A stretch of DNA of 64,000 nucleotides from an uncultured bacterium (GTDB lineage Bacteria > UBP14 > UBA6098 > B30-G16). Under the pieces are notes generated by a model. The model was not told the origin of the DNA. It searched no databases and was given only the letters and a program-made list of their open reading frames with translations. A program made the position numbers and the translations under genes. The stretch is from the NCBI GenBank assembly GCA_965552135.1, contig CBEVQY010000001.1, positions 64,001 to 128,000 of the forward strand, given 5' to 3'. Below are positions 28,101-36,803 of the stretch, in pieces (within the stretch, counting starts at the first letter, position 1; the number at the start of each line of letters is the position of its first letter).

Positions 28101-31100
28101 AGCAGAATCACACGTCGTGACCGTGATATCCGACACGGAGTTCGTGGCGTACTTCAACCGCCAGTACTTCCTCGAGGTCAACTCCGACCACGACTCTCCC
28201 TGGGGCGAGGGCTGGTACGATGAGGGTGCCAGCGCCGAGTTCGGCGTTACGCGCTACGACTCCACAGGCGGCATCCGCTACAGCTTCGCGGGATGGATAG
28301 GCACAGGTGCGGGAAGTTACACCGGACCCGATACGTCCCACGTCGTCGTCATGAACAACCCGATAACCGAGGAGGCAAGGTGGGACGTCCAGTATCGCCT
28401 CACCCTCGACCACACTGGAACGCCCATAGAGCCCACCATGTCGGGGGATGGTTGGTACAACGCCGGCACGATGGCGTCGATTTCGACCGACTCGATCCTC
28501 GGCGACGACGGCACCGACACCGACTCGGTGAGGTATGTGTTTGATCACTGGGAGAGCTCTCCCGCTGGCGCTGTAATTGGCTGCCCGACGTGCGCCAACA
28601 CCGACGTCTTCATGGATCAGCCCTACACGCTTACGGCGGTCTACGTGACGCAGTATCGGTTCTGGGTGAGCAACGACACGATGGACGCGGACTTCGGCAA
28701 CCCCAACCCATCGGTTGGCGCGCACTGGTTCAACGAGGGCGACACCGTCGTTGCGACCGTCGAGTCGCCGTACTCGGGGATGTACTGCACCGGCTGGAGC
28801 GGCACCGGGTCGCTGCCTGATGGGATAAACGACACAGCGGTCTTCGTCATAGAGGAGCCAAGCTCGATAGACTGGCACTGGGCGCCGCAGTATGCGCTCG
28901 TTGTGCACGCGGTGCTCGACGGCGTGCCGGGTTATTCCGACTGGCTTTTGGGCGCTGCTGGTGCCTCGCCCGGCGCCGGAACGACGTGGGTCACACCCGG
29001 CGCCGACGCAACCGTGAAGCTCGCCACAACGGTGGTTGGGCTCGGTCCATCGATGAGGGATACGTGCTACATGTGGAGCGCGGAGGGCGCGCCGTGCGTC
29101 CCATCCGATACCTGCTGGGGGAGCGGCGACTCCGTGACGTTTGTGATGACCACAAACACCAACTGGATCTGGCACTTCAAGCAGCAGGTCACCTTCGAGG
29201 TTCGTTGCACGGTTGAGACGGATGGCACAAGCTGCGGCTACGACTCGCCGAACCCGCCCTACGGCACCTACTGGGTCGATGTTGGCGACACGATAGACGC
29301 CACCGTGGACCCGACCGACGGCGACTACGTTTGCGTTGGTTATTTCGGCTCGGGCTCGGTTCCCTCAAGCGGCTGGGGCACCCACTGGAGCGGCGAGATA
29401 ACGGCTGCCTCCTGCATCGTTTGGCGCTGGATCAACCGCGCCGACGCCGAAAGCATTCTCGTCGTCTCGGACCACGGCGAGTGGGGTTGCGTTCCGCCCG
29501 TGGGCTGGAACTACTTCCCGCGCGGCGAAGTCGTCGACCTGTGGACGACTGCGGTGGATGTGCCCGACACCACCGAGGGCATACGATACTCCTGCACAGG
29601 CTGGACGGGCACGGGCTGCGTGCCCCCGTCGGGCGCATCCAACTACTGCGGTGGAGTGGTGGTAAGCTCGTCGGGAACGATAACTTGGAACTGGCAAACC
29701 CAGTACAGGCTTCGCATATACAGCGACTTCGATACCCCCCATCCCGACACCGGGGAGTACTGGTACAACGCCGGCATGAACATCCACTGTTATCTCGAAA
29801 GCACGATCGACACAACCGACACCGGCACAACCGTCTACTGCACGGGCTGGCACCCCGATTTCTTCAACGGCGACACGTGCCTCACATTCCCGCCGTACGA
29901 CAGCACAAGCTACGACTTCAACCTCACCCTCAACTGCCCTGTGGACATAACCTGGAAGTGGAGCGACTATCTTGCGCCGCTTTACGTCTACTCCGACCAC
30001 GACAGCCCCATCCCCTCCGACACGAGCTTCTGGATCCCCGGCACCGACGTGACGGCGTTCGTCACCTCCCCCGCCGACGTCGACTCGATTTACGGTGAGC
30101 GCTGGGTTTGCACGGGCTGGACCGGCACCGGCGACGTCCCAGCCTCGGGCACCGGAACAGCCGTATCGTTCACGATATACGACACCTCATCGATAACCTG
30201 GCACTGGCAGCACCAGTACAGACTGCACATAACCACGAACACCTATCCCACCGTTTGGGGCGATCCGTACCCCGAGGTCGGGGATCACTGGTACAACGAG
30301 GGCGATTCCGTCCGCTGCATAACCCACTCCGTCGACCTCGACGGCACCGACACGGTTTACTGCACCGGTCTGCGCGGCACGGGCTGCGTGCCTGAGGAGT
30401 GGCCAATGGCTGAGATCTGGCTCGTGATAACTGAGCCGGGAACGCTTGAGTGGCAATGGCACCACGCCGACAGCGTGGCACCGCTTTTCGTCTTCTCCGA
30501 CTACGACGACCCGTTCCCCTACGGGATATCGTACTGGCTTTTGGGCGATACCGTGGACGCCACGGTCGACGACTCGGTGGTCGTTGGCTCGGACGTGATC
30601 CACTGCATAGGCTGGCACGGCACCGGCGACTCCCTGCCACCCATAGGCGACTCAACGCACGTGAACTTCACCATTTGGGAGGCGTGCTCCCTGTGGTGGG
30701 ATTGGTCGACAGTGTACTGGTTCACGGTCGTAAACCCCGGCGGTCACGACACGCCCCACCCGCCCGAGGGAAGCTACATGTACCCCGCGGGAAGCTACGT
30801 TACGGGCTACATCGAGGACCCCGTCGTTGTTGAGGGGAGCGACACGTTCTACTGCATCGGGTATTTCGGCACAGGGGACCTCGACTCGGTCTCGCCGCAG
30901 ACGGACTTCGCCTTCACGATAACACAGAACAGCTCGATAGAGTGGCGCTGGAGCGACGTTGCGGTTCGCCTGGATGTGTACTCCGACTACGGCAGCCCGC
31001 ACCCCTACGGAACGACCTACTGGATCCCCGGAAGCGAGGTGCACGCCACGGTGGAGGACGTCGTCGAGCTTGCCGACGGCATAAGGGCGCACTGCATCGG

Positions 31101-33291
31101 CTGGGTTGGGACGGGATCTGTGCCACCCTCCGGCGCAACAAACTCCGTCGACTTCACGATAAACGAAAACTCAACGCTCACCTGGCTTTGGCAGATCGAG
31201 TATAGGTTCACCGTTTCGGGCTGGCCGAGCGAATACGACACGCCAACGCCCAACTACGGCGAGCACTGGTATCCCGAAAGCAGCCTCGTTTCGGGCGCGA
31301 TGACCGAAAACCCGGTCTACGTCGGTCCGCCGGATGATTCGATGTACTGCATAGGCTACGTCGGCACAGGGGACCTCCCCGACACGAGCCACCAAACCGA
31401 CTTCGAGTTCGTCATAACGCAGCCCACGAGCATAACCTGGCTTTGGTATCCCGCCGATACGGTCGTGAGGCTCGTCGTCCACTGCCCCTACGACGACCCG
31501 ATCCCCTACGGGACGACGTACTGGCTCATCGGTCAGGTTGTGGAGGCGACGGTCGACACCATAGCCTACGAGCCCGACTCGACGACGCGCCACGACCTTT
31601 TGGGATTCCAGGTGGCGGGCGCAATAGATTCCCTCGATACGTCGGGCACAAACGTGGTCGTCTTCGTCATCGACACCAACACAGACCTGTGGTGGCTTTG
31701 GGAGGAGCAGTACTACATCACCCTCGACTACGATGGTCTTCCCGACGACTACGAGCCCGTCCAGACGGGCGAGGGCTGGTATTCCGCGGGCGACACTGCC
31801 TGGATAGAGACGGAGACACCTGTCGACTGCGGAAGCTACGGATACTACGGCTTCTACCTGTGGACCTACACACCCCACGACTCCGGCGTTGTGGGCGATA
31901 CGCTTATGGCGAGCACATACGTCATCGTCAACGATAACTACACCCTCACGGCGCACTACGCGCCCGCGCATCAGGTTACGGTAAGCAAGAACCCATCCAC
32001 CGACAACGTCGGCTGGATACTGATAGACAGCCACTACTACGACAGCACCGCGGTCGTCGTGGACTGGTGGGGCGACGGGAGCTACCACTACATCGGTGTC
32101 CCGAGCGTGGATAGCGCCGCCTGGGGCGAGAGGTACATCTTCGACTACTGGTCCGACGGCGGAGATACGGTCCACCTGGTCGGGCCGATACACACCGACA
32201 CGTCGTTTGTGGCGTACTACACGAGGCAGATAATGGTCGTCTTCGCCAAGAACCCCGTCCACGAGACGGGTTGGCTTATGGTCGACAGCGTTCTTTACTG
32301 GGACAGCAGCTACGTGTACGGCACGATGGTTGGCGACAGCTGCGTCGACAGCGCCTGTTCGCGCTCGCTTGTTCTGTGGATGACGCCGGGCGACTCGCAC
32401 TATATCGAGGCAAGCTTTGCCGACTCGTGCCTCGGCGACTGCGACACCGCTCGCTTCTTCTTCGACCACTGGTCCGACGGCGGCGAGCGCGGACACTGGA
32501 CCGACACGATAAGCTCCGCCACATACTTCATCGCCTACTACGACCAGAGGCTGCGGGTGCGCCTGCGTAAAGAGCCGCCCGAACCCTACGGATACTTCAT
32601 GTTCAACGACACAACGATAATCCGCGGCGTCTCGCAGTTCGACTTCTGGAGCCGACCCGACACCGTCGCAACCATAGGCGTCTCGGAGTACGACATAGCC
32701 GACTTCCCGTCGGGGGTCGATTCGGTCTACATCTTCGACCACTGGGACGACGGAGGCGCAATAGTCCACGAGATAGGTCCGATAACCGGACCTGTGGAGC
32801 ACGTCGCCTACTACACCCAGGACGTGGCGAATCTGAGCATAACGCTTCGCCCGACGGATCCTTACGAGTGGCATCTCGACACGCTTGAGGGCGGGGAGTC
32901 GCGCACGATGACCGCGGACGACTCGGTCGTAGTTGTGAACGTCGGGAACGTCCCGTGCGACCTCGGGCTTATGGTCTACTCCGTCGTCCCCAGCGGGTGG
33001 ACGCCGTCGTACTACTACGGTCCCGACAAGTTCACGCTGCTTGCGGAGTTCACCGACGAGCCTACGCCCCCAACGGCGTTTGTGCCCGCCAACGACTACG
33101 TCAAGTTCACGCTCACGTGGGCAACGGAGGAGATCTTCGGTCCCGGCGGGCTGAACCTCCTGCCGCCCCCGTACGCCGGCGCGGACAACACCGAGCACCT
33201 CTGGATGAAGTTCGTCGCGCCCACGTCGACCTCGGTGTTCGGCGAGGTCAGGATCAGGGTCCTCGTCGTCGCGAAGTACCACATGCCGTAG
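25171..33291 (+). CDS. Giant secreted protein: Asp-box (BNR) beta-propeller, many InlB-B-repeat-like domains, C-terminal domain
   Basis: Signal peptide; Asp-boxes STDGGITW, SNNGGATF, SINGGGTF, STDGGASF, SEDGGATM; repeated C.G[WY].GTG..P...W.W..QY and [FW]D[HY]WSDGG units; strong RBS. Confidence 0.85.
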   Translation: MMRRASLFVFLSCAFVFALRFSPSDELVGPYELKLASSDGFSAHHPKLIVPDASYRRPPTLAELVYKSWLRGVAKSPLLPPRRLPPGLEKFYGPLPVTLPAAVEHYGAGRKLLRGAAPSSPAEALDYGGFDASDHLVSIPWTNPQRQPSIATDTFGVIYAVWGEEFDPNTNAIMFSKSTDGGITWSEAVIVDNIGTNFMPRIAVCSGTSPSNTRVHVAYNYIDMHIYDIYDTSGTYLGQDTVYEGDVYYSRSNNGGATFSTYYPIANNDIDLIIFSFQYDEGGADIAVDEDNEVAVAYYSQADEGHLISLALLIVYILLTGGLPPFWFDYTWYTVCYRASINGGGTFGPEIEIVNDWFVDRWNPGIDVYGSGPGAELHCAYTEAGFMSLAEATAYFKKVIDPFYAPSVSSKTFVADGYTFAGCLQTDSDGNPHVSITDNFSWVDYDVYYTRSTDGGASFLDPLVIDIGTYDSYEGRIGLDLANNPFIAWTDARGGDYDIYCVWSEDGGATMRSDQHKVNHETFNDNQYWPDVSLFLPDTIRRLDIDWWDTKTDPDGDIYFNSATWWRTNVVIQLHDTLANPMGGTVTISYTSFGVPISREINEGYWIIYHDPYTSITVDGISSGSDTTERWVLNEDGHDTTFTPATPGQTYTLTYYDQYWTTFTVTKGNPPACTHTPPEGIMFTYEYFWWVRVANTDTTTWANVHGLYQYTPTYPPGATHERWHTPEPSGYVMSRTIAPTYYHQWYAQFRRPQKLNPDTGSCACTHSVPSFALLQRYEDGENLGGTADMVDWTDCGSIYEYENPKVISSQQRWLITEGASGVVDGIGPYIPGAYHQWKPSIILVGPSCPDNTTCCEEYWSGGVSYYEVDLCGTYEPWVDCASRLKMCDFTTLGWVARDPTEFPCVTSAFMASIRYGNVVSVTLRNDFGYGFVVADGDTYSSPAVIGWAPSTDHVITAVTPQVFGATRYVWDHWSDGGAESHVVTVISDTEFVAYFNRQYFLEVNSDHDSPWGEGWYDEGASAEFGVTRYDSTGGIRYSFAGWIGTGAGSYTGPDTSHVVVMNNPITEEARWDVQYRLTLDHTGTPIEPTMSGDGWYNAGTMASISTDSILGDDGTDTDSVRYVFDHWESSPAGAVIGCPTCANTDVFMDQPYTLTAVYVTQYRFWVSNDTMDADFGNPNPSVGAHWFNEGDTVVATVESPYSGMYCTGWSGTGSLPDGINDTAVFVIEEPSSIDWHWAPQYALVVHAVLDGVPGYSDWLLGAAGASPGAGTTWVTPGADATVKLATTVVGLGPSMRDTCYMWSAEGAPCVPSDTCWGSGDSVTFVMTTNTNWIWHFKQQVTFEVRCTVETDGTSCGYDSPNPPYGTYWVDVGDTIDATVDPTDGDYVCVGYFGSGSVPSSGWGTHWSGEITAASCIVWRWINRADAESILVVSDHGEWGCVPPVGWNYFPRGEVVDLWTTAVDVPDTTEGIRYSCTGWTGTGCVPPSGASNYCGGVVVSSSGTITWNWQTQYRLRIYSDFDTPHPDTGEYWYNAGMNIHCYLESTIDTTDTGTTVYCTGWHPDFFNGDTCLTFPPYDSTSYDFNLTLNCPVDITWKWSDYLAPLYVYSDHDSPIPSDTSFWIPGTDVTAFVTSPADVDSIYGERWVCTGWTGTGDVPASGTGTAVSFTIYDTSSITWHWQHQYRLHITTNTYPTVWGDPYPEVGDHWYNEGDSVRCITHSVDLDGTDTVYCTGLRGTGCVPEEWPMAEIWLVITEPGTLEWQWHHADSVAPLFVFSDYDDPFPYGISYWLLGDTVDATVDDSVVVGSDVIHCIGWHGTGDSLPPIGDSTHVNFTIWEACSLWWDWSTVYWFTVVNPGGHDTPHPPEGSYMYPAGSYVTGYIEDPVVVEGSDTFYCIGYFGTGDLDSVSPQTDFAFTITQNSSIEWRWSDVAVRLDVYSDYGSPHPYGTTYWIPGSEVHATVEDVVELADGIRAHCIGWVGTGSVPPSGATNSVDFTINENSTLTWLWQIEYRFTVSGWPSEYDTPTPNYGEHWYPESSLVSGAMTENPVYVGPPDDSMYCIGYVGTGDLPDTSHQTDFEFVITQPTSITWLWYPADTVVRLVVHCPYDDPIPYGTTYWLIGQVVEATVDTIAYEPDSTTRHDLLGFQVAGAIDSLDTSGTNVVVFVIDTNTDLWWLWEEQYYITLDYDGLPDDYEPVQTGEGWYSAGDTAWIETETPVDCGSYGYYGFYLWTYTPHDSGVVGDTLMASTYVIVNDNYTLTAHYAPAHQVTVSKNPSTDNVGWILIDSHYYDSTAVVVDWWGDGSYHYIGVPSVDSAAWGERYIFDYWSDGGDTVHLVGPIHTDTSFVAYYTRQIMVVFAKNPVHETGWLMVDSVLYWDSSYVYGTMVGDSCVDSACSRSLVLWMTPGDSHYIEASFADSCLGDCDTARFFFDHWSDGGERGHWTDTISSATYFIAYYDQRLRVRLRKEPPEPYGYFMFNDTTIIRGVSQFDFWSRPDTVATIGVSEYDIADFPSGVDSVYIFDHWDDGGAIVHEIGPITGPVEHVAYYTQDVANLSITLRPTDPYEWHLDTLEGGESRTMTADDSVVVVNVGNVPCDLGLMVYSVVPSGWTPSYYYGPDKFTLLAEFTDEPTPPTAFVPANDYVKFTLTWATEEIFGPGGLNLLPPPYAGADNTEHLWMKFVAPTSTSVFGEVRIRVLVVAKYHMP

Positions 33292-33432
33292 CGAGCCCCT
33301 CGCCCGGCGGGCTACACGCGTTGGGCGGCGCGGTTAAGCTGCACGTTCTGGACCGGCGGCATCTCATCTTCGCTTTGTTGGACCGGCAACGCCTCAATTC
33401 GCTTGGCTGGCGATGCCGCTGTCTGCCGGGTC

Positions 33433-33677
33433 GGCGACGCCCTGCATGCGCGCGTTGGATTGAGGGCGTCGCTGCCTGTGTGTATCGGGCCGGCGGCGCC
33501 TAATAGTCGTTGGGCTGGGGCAGTCCCTGCAAGAGGCGATTGGATGGAGCGCAACGGATGGTTTTTGGGAGAGCGATAGGGTCGCTCTTGGCAAGTGCCC
33601 GCGTTGCTGGTTGATTGCCTCTTCAAGCTGGATGACGGCTGCCCATCGGGGAGCCCGCAACAGAGCTTCGTCGGCGC
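33433..33677 (+). other. Highly structured intergenic region (candidate ncRNA or 3' UTR element)
   Basis: 11-bp hairpin at 33433-33473 and a nested rod of about 180 nt at 33496-33677 with G-U pairs on the + strand. Confidence 0.5.
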
Positions 33678-35306
33678 TTAGCCCTTGTGGCTTTTGCGCC
33701 TCGCAAGCGCCTTCTTGACCAGGTGATAGAAGAGCGGCTCGGGCTTCGTCAGGCTCGAGATGAGCTCCGGATGGTACTGGACGGCAACGAAATAGGGGTG
33801 GGTGGGAAGCTCCATCACCTGCATTATGTTCTCCTTCGGCTCGTACCCTGAGAAAACGAGACCGTGCTCCTCGAGCAGTGGGACGTATTTGGGGTTGACC
33901 TCGTACCTGTGGCGGAAGCGCTGTCGTATCGTTTTCCGCTGGCGGTAGATTTTATGAACCATCGTTCCCGGCTTGAGTTTTACGTCCTGGCCGCCGAGGC
34001 GCATCGTTCCGCCCTTCTTTTCGACCTTAAGCTGGGAGGGCAGGAGGGTTATCACGGGGTGGCGCACCTTTATGCCCTCCTCCTTTGCCTCGGCGGTGTT
34101 TGCGCCGCGCAGCCCGCAGACGTTCCGCGCAAACTCGATCACGGCAAGCTGCATCCCGTAGCAGATGCCCAAAAACGGAATCTTGTTTTCGCGGCAAAAG
34201 CGTATGACCTTGATCTTCCCCTCCGCCCCTCGCACACCGAACCCGCCGGGGACGATGACCCCGTCCACATCGCGCAGGGCGTCGTCGACGGAGACAGCGC
34301 CCGACTCGATGTTGGTCGTCTCGAGCCAGAGGATGTTGACCTTGGTCCTGAGGTGGGCGCCGGCGTGCGTTAAAGCCTCGATTATCGAGGCATACGAGTC
34401 GTGGAGCGCTGTGTACTTACCGCAGATCGCAACTGTAACCTCCCGCTCCGGGTGCTTTATGGCGTCGACGAGCTTCTTCCACCTGTCGAGCTTGGGGGGA
34501 GAGTATATCCCAAGCTTTTTGTGCAAAAGCTCCGTAAGCCCCTGCTCGTCGAAGAGGATGGGTATTTCGTACACCGTCTCGACGTCCTCCTCCGATATTA
34601 CCGCCTCGGGCGGGATGTTGCAGAAAAGCGAAATCTTCTCCTTCACCTTTTGCGGCAGCGGCTTTGGCGAGCGGGCAATTATGATGTCCGGACGTATCCC
34701 TCGCTCGTTGAGGAGCTTTACGCTCTGCTGGGTTGGCTTTGTTTTGTGCTCGCCGACGTTCGCAGGGATGGGAACGTAGGTCAGGTGGATGTATACGATG
34801 TTTTCGGGACCGACTTCCTGTCCGAGCTGGCGCACCGCCTCGATGAAAAGCTCGTTCTCCATATCCCCAACGGTCCCGCCGATCTCTATGAGCAGTATGT
34901 CCGCTCGCTCGCGCTGGGCTATGTTGCGGAAGTGGGACTTTATCTGGTCGGTCACGTGGGGTATGAGCTGGACCGTTTTCCCGAGGAAGTCGCCCCGCCT
35001 TTCGCGCTCCAGGATCGCAGCGTAGACCTTGCCCATGGTGAGGTTCCACTCGCTTTTGCAGGTTACGCCCAGAAAGCGCTCGTAGTGTCCGAAGTCCATG
35101 TCGACTTCGCCGCCGTCGTCGAGGACGAAGACCTCACCGTGCTCGATCGGATTCATCGTGCCGGGGTCGGTGTTGAGGTATCCGTCGCACTTGACGGGAA
35201 CGACGCGGAGCTTGCTCGACAGGAGATGACCGACGCTTGCGGTGGCGATCCCTTTCCCCAAACCCGAAAGAACTCCACCCGTGACGACTATGTACTTCGT
35301 GCGCAT
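33678..35306 (-). CDS. pyrG: CTP synthase
   Basis: KYIVVTGGVLSGLGKG, DPGTM, HYERF, KTKPTQ, GICYGMQ, RHRYEVN, QYHPE. Confidence 0.97.
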   Translation of the reverse strand: MRTKYIVVTGGVLSGLGKGIATASVGHLLSSKLRVVPVKCDGYLNTDPGTMNPIEHGEVFVLDDGGEVDMDFGHYERFLGVTCKSEWNLTMGKVYAAILERERRGDFLGKTVQLIPHVTDQIKSHFRNIAQRERADILLIEIGGTVGDMENELFIEAVRQLGQEVGPENIVYIHLTYVPIPANVGEHKTKPTQQSVKLLNERGIRPDIIIARSPKPLPQKVKEKISLFCNIPPEAVISEEDVETVYEIPILFDEQGLTELLHKKLGIYSPPKLDRWKKLVDAIKHPEREVTVAICGKYTALHDSYASIIEALTHAGAHLRTKVNILWLETTNIESGAVSVDDALRDVDGVIVPGGFGVRGAEGKIKVIRFCRENKIPFLGICYGMQLAVIEFARNVCGLRGANTAEAKEEGIKVRHPVITLLPSQLKVEKKGGTMRLGGQDVKLKPGTMVHKIYRQRKTIRQRFRHRYEVNPKYVPLLEEHGLVFSGYEPKENIMQVMELPTHPYFVAVQYHPELISSLTKPEPLFYHLVKKALARRKSHKG

Positions 35307-35420
35307 CGGCACAGAATAATATTACCTGCCCTGCCGCGGGGTGCAAGGGCTTTCGTTTAACTTGCCGACCTGTCCTTCGGATGAGATATTCAAAAGCGCA
35401 CCGATGCAGGCTGCGTTGGG

Positions 35421-36803
35421 ATGAGCTCGCACCGTCGCAGAAAACCGCTGTTTCTGGCGCTTTTTTCCGCTTTGCTTGTGCTTGTGCAGCTCCCCTATGT
35501 GCTCCATCCGGAGCCCTCCAGCGACGATGATGGCTTCAGGGTTTGGCTTGCAAGCAGGGCTTTGCGCAGGTCGGGCATCTACGAGGCTTCTCGGCTTCCG
35601 GGGTTCCCCGCGATTGAGCTTCTTGCCGCTGCGTTTGGGAACTATCATGCGTTCAACCTGTTTCTTTCGGTTTTGTGGGCGGCTGGCGTTTTTGGCGTTG
35701 GTCTTTGCGCCGATGCGCTTGGCATCGATGGCATTGCGGCGGCAGCGGCGTGGGCTGCCGGCTCCACAAACTTCGCTTCCGCCGCAACGTGCATGGATTA
35801 TCCCCTCGGGAACTTTCTTTTGATCTTCGGTCTTTATGCGCTTTTGCGGGGCAGGCGCGCCCTGGCGGCGCTTCTCTGGGGGATCGCAGTGGGGGCGAGG
35901 CTTACGAACGGGCTTTTTGTTTTGGCTTCGCTGGCGCTACCGCCGGCGGGCGAGCCGATCTGGCGGTGGCGCAAAACCGAAGCAACTTTCGCAGTTGCCG
36001 CTATGCTCGCAGCGGTCGCCGCACTCTACTCCCTCCCGCTTGCGCGGTACGGGTGGGGATTCCTGCGCGGATATCCCCCGCGATTCTCCGCACTGGAGCG
36101 GCTTGAGTGGTTCCTTTACCGCGGCGGGCAGCTTTTCGGTTTCGTCGCAAGCGGAGCGCTTTTGGCGCTTCTGCCGAGGCTGAGGCTGCCCAAAGGCAAG
36201 TTGACAGGGTTCGTTCTGACGTGCAGCGGGCTTTACGTCGCCTTCTTCGCGTTCCTCCCTGTGGAGCCCGCCTATCTGCTTCCTGCCGCGGCGGCGTGGG
36301 CGATCGCGCTGCCTAAAGCGCTTCCGAGACGGTCCTTCGCCCTCTTGCTGGGTGCGCTTGTGCTCGCGGGATTCGTCGATATCTACCCCATCGACCCCTA
36401 CCGAGGTCCAAAGCTTTGCCCCACCCTGATGCCCGGAGGTTACCTCAACGAGCTTCGCCGCCGAAGCGACATAACCGCGATGCGAAACACCATCCAAAGC
36501 TTTAGGGCGCCCGCGCCGTTTTTGTTCATCGTTGGTCGGGAACCCCCGTTTATGCAGTGGTCGGAGGGATTCGTTCGCGCATGGGAGGACCCCTCAGGAA
36601 TGACGGTTTGGAGAAGGGGAGAGGGGGAATACTTCGTCGCTTTCCCGATAAAATCAATCGTCGACCGCGCCGTGAAAAACGGCTTTGACCTCTACGCCTT
36701 CGAGAACATCGCCTACCTCCTGGAAGGCTACGACGTTACGCTGGTGAGCTTTCCCCGTGGTCGTCTTTGGCCGAGGTCGAGAGGTGACGGGAAAAAGTTT
36801 TGA
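35421..36803 (+). CDS. Polytopic membrane protein, possible GT-C fold glycosyltransferase
   Basis: TM1 followed by acidic loop SSDDDG and SRLPGFP, about 10 TM helices, soluble C-terminal domain. Confidence 0.55.
   Translation: MSSHRRRKPLFLALFSALLVLVQLPYVLHPEPSSDDDGFRVWLASRALRRSGIYEASRLPGFPAIELLAAAFGNYHAFNLFLSVLWAAGVFGVGLCADALGIDGIAAAAAWAAGSTNFASAATCMDYPLGNFLLIFGLYALLRGRRALAALLWGIAVGARLTNGLFVLASLALPPAGEPIWRWRKTEATFAVAAMLAAVAALYSLPLARYGWGFLRGYPPRFSALERLEWFLYRGGQLFGFVASGALLALLPRLRLPKGKLTGFVLTCSGLYVAFFAFLPVEPAYLLPAAAAWAIALPKALPRRSFALLLGALVLAGFVDIYPIDPYRGPKLCPTLMPGGYLNELRRRSDITAMRNTIQSFRAPAPFLFIVGREPPFMQWSEGFVRAWEDPSGMTVWRRGEGEYFVAFPIKSIVDRAVKNGFDLYAFENIAYLLEGYDVTLVSFPRGRLWPRSRGDGKKF

Noticed and set aside
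28100..32800. Periodic nucleotide similarity that could suggest a CRISPR or tandem array
   Set aside because: Explained by protein repeats in one open frame; no identical repeats with spacers and no cas genes.
31171..33282. 703-aa minus-strand ORF and similar ORFs opposite the giant gene
   Set aside because: Val/Gly/Arg-rich mirror of the codon bias of the real + strand gene.
33312..33660. Minus-strand ORFs of 104 aa and 88 aa downstream of pyrG
   Set aside because: No RBS, atypical composition, and they overlap the + strand-biased structure; not supported as genes.
33496..33677. Firm call as 6S, SRP, tmRNA or RNase P RNA
   Set aside because: The SRP, tmRNA and RNase P conserved motifs are absent and the 6S bubble is unconvincing; kept only as a candidate structured RNA.
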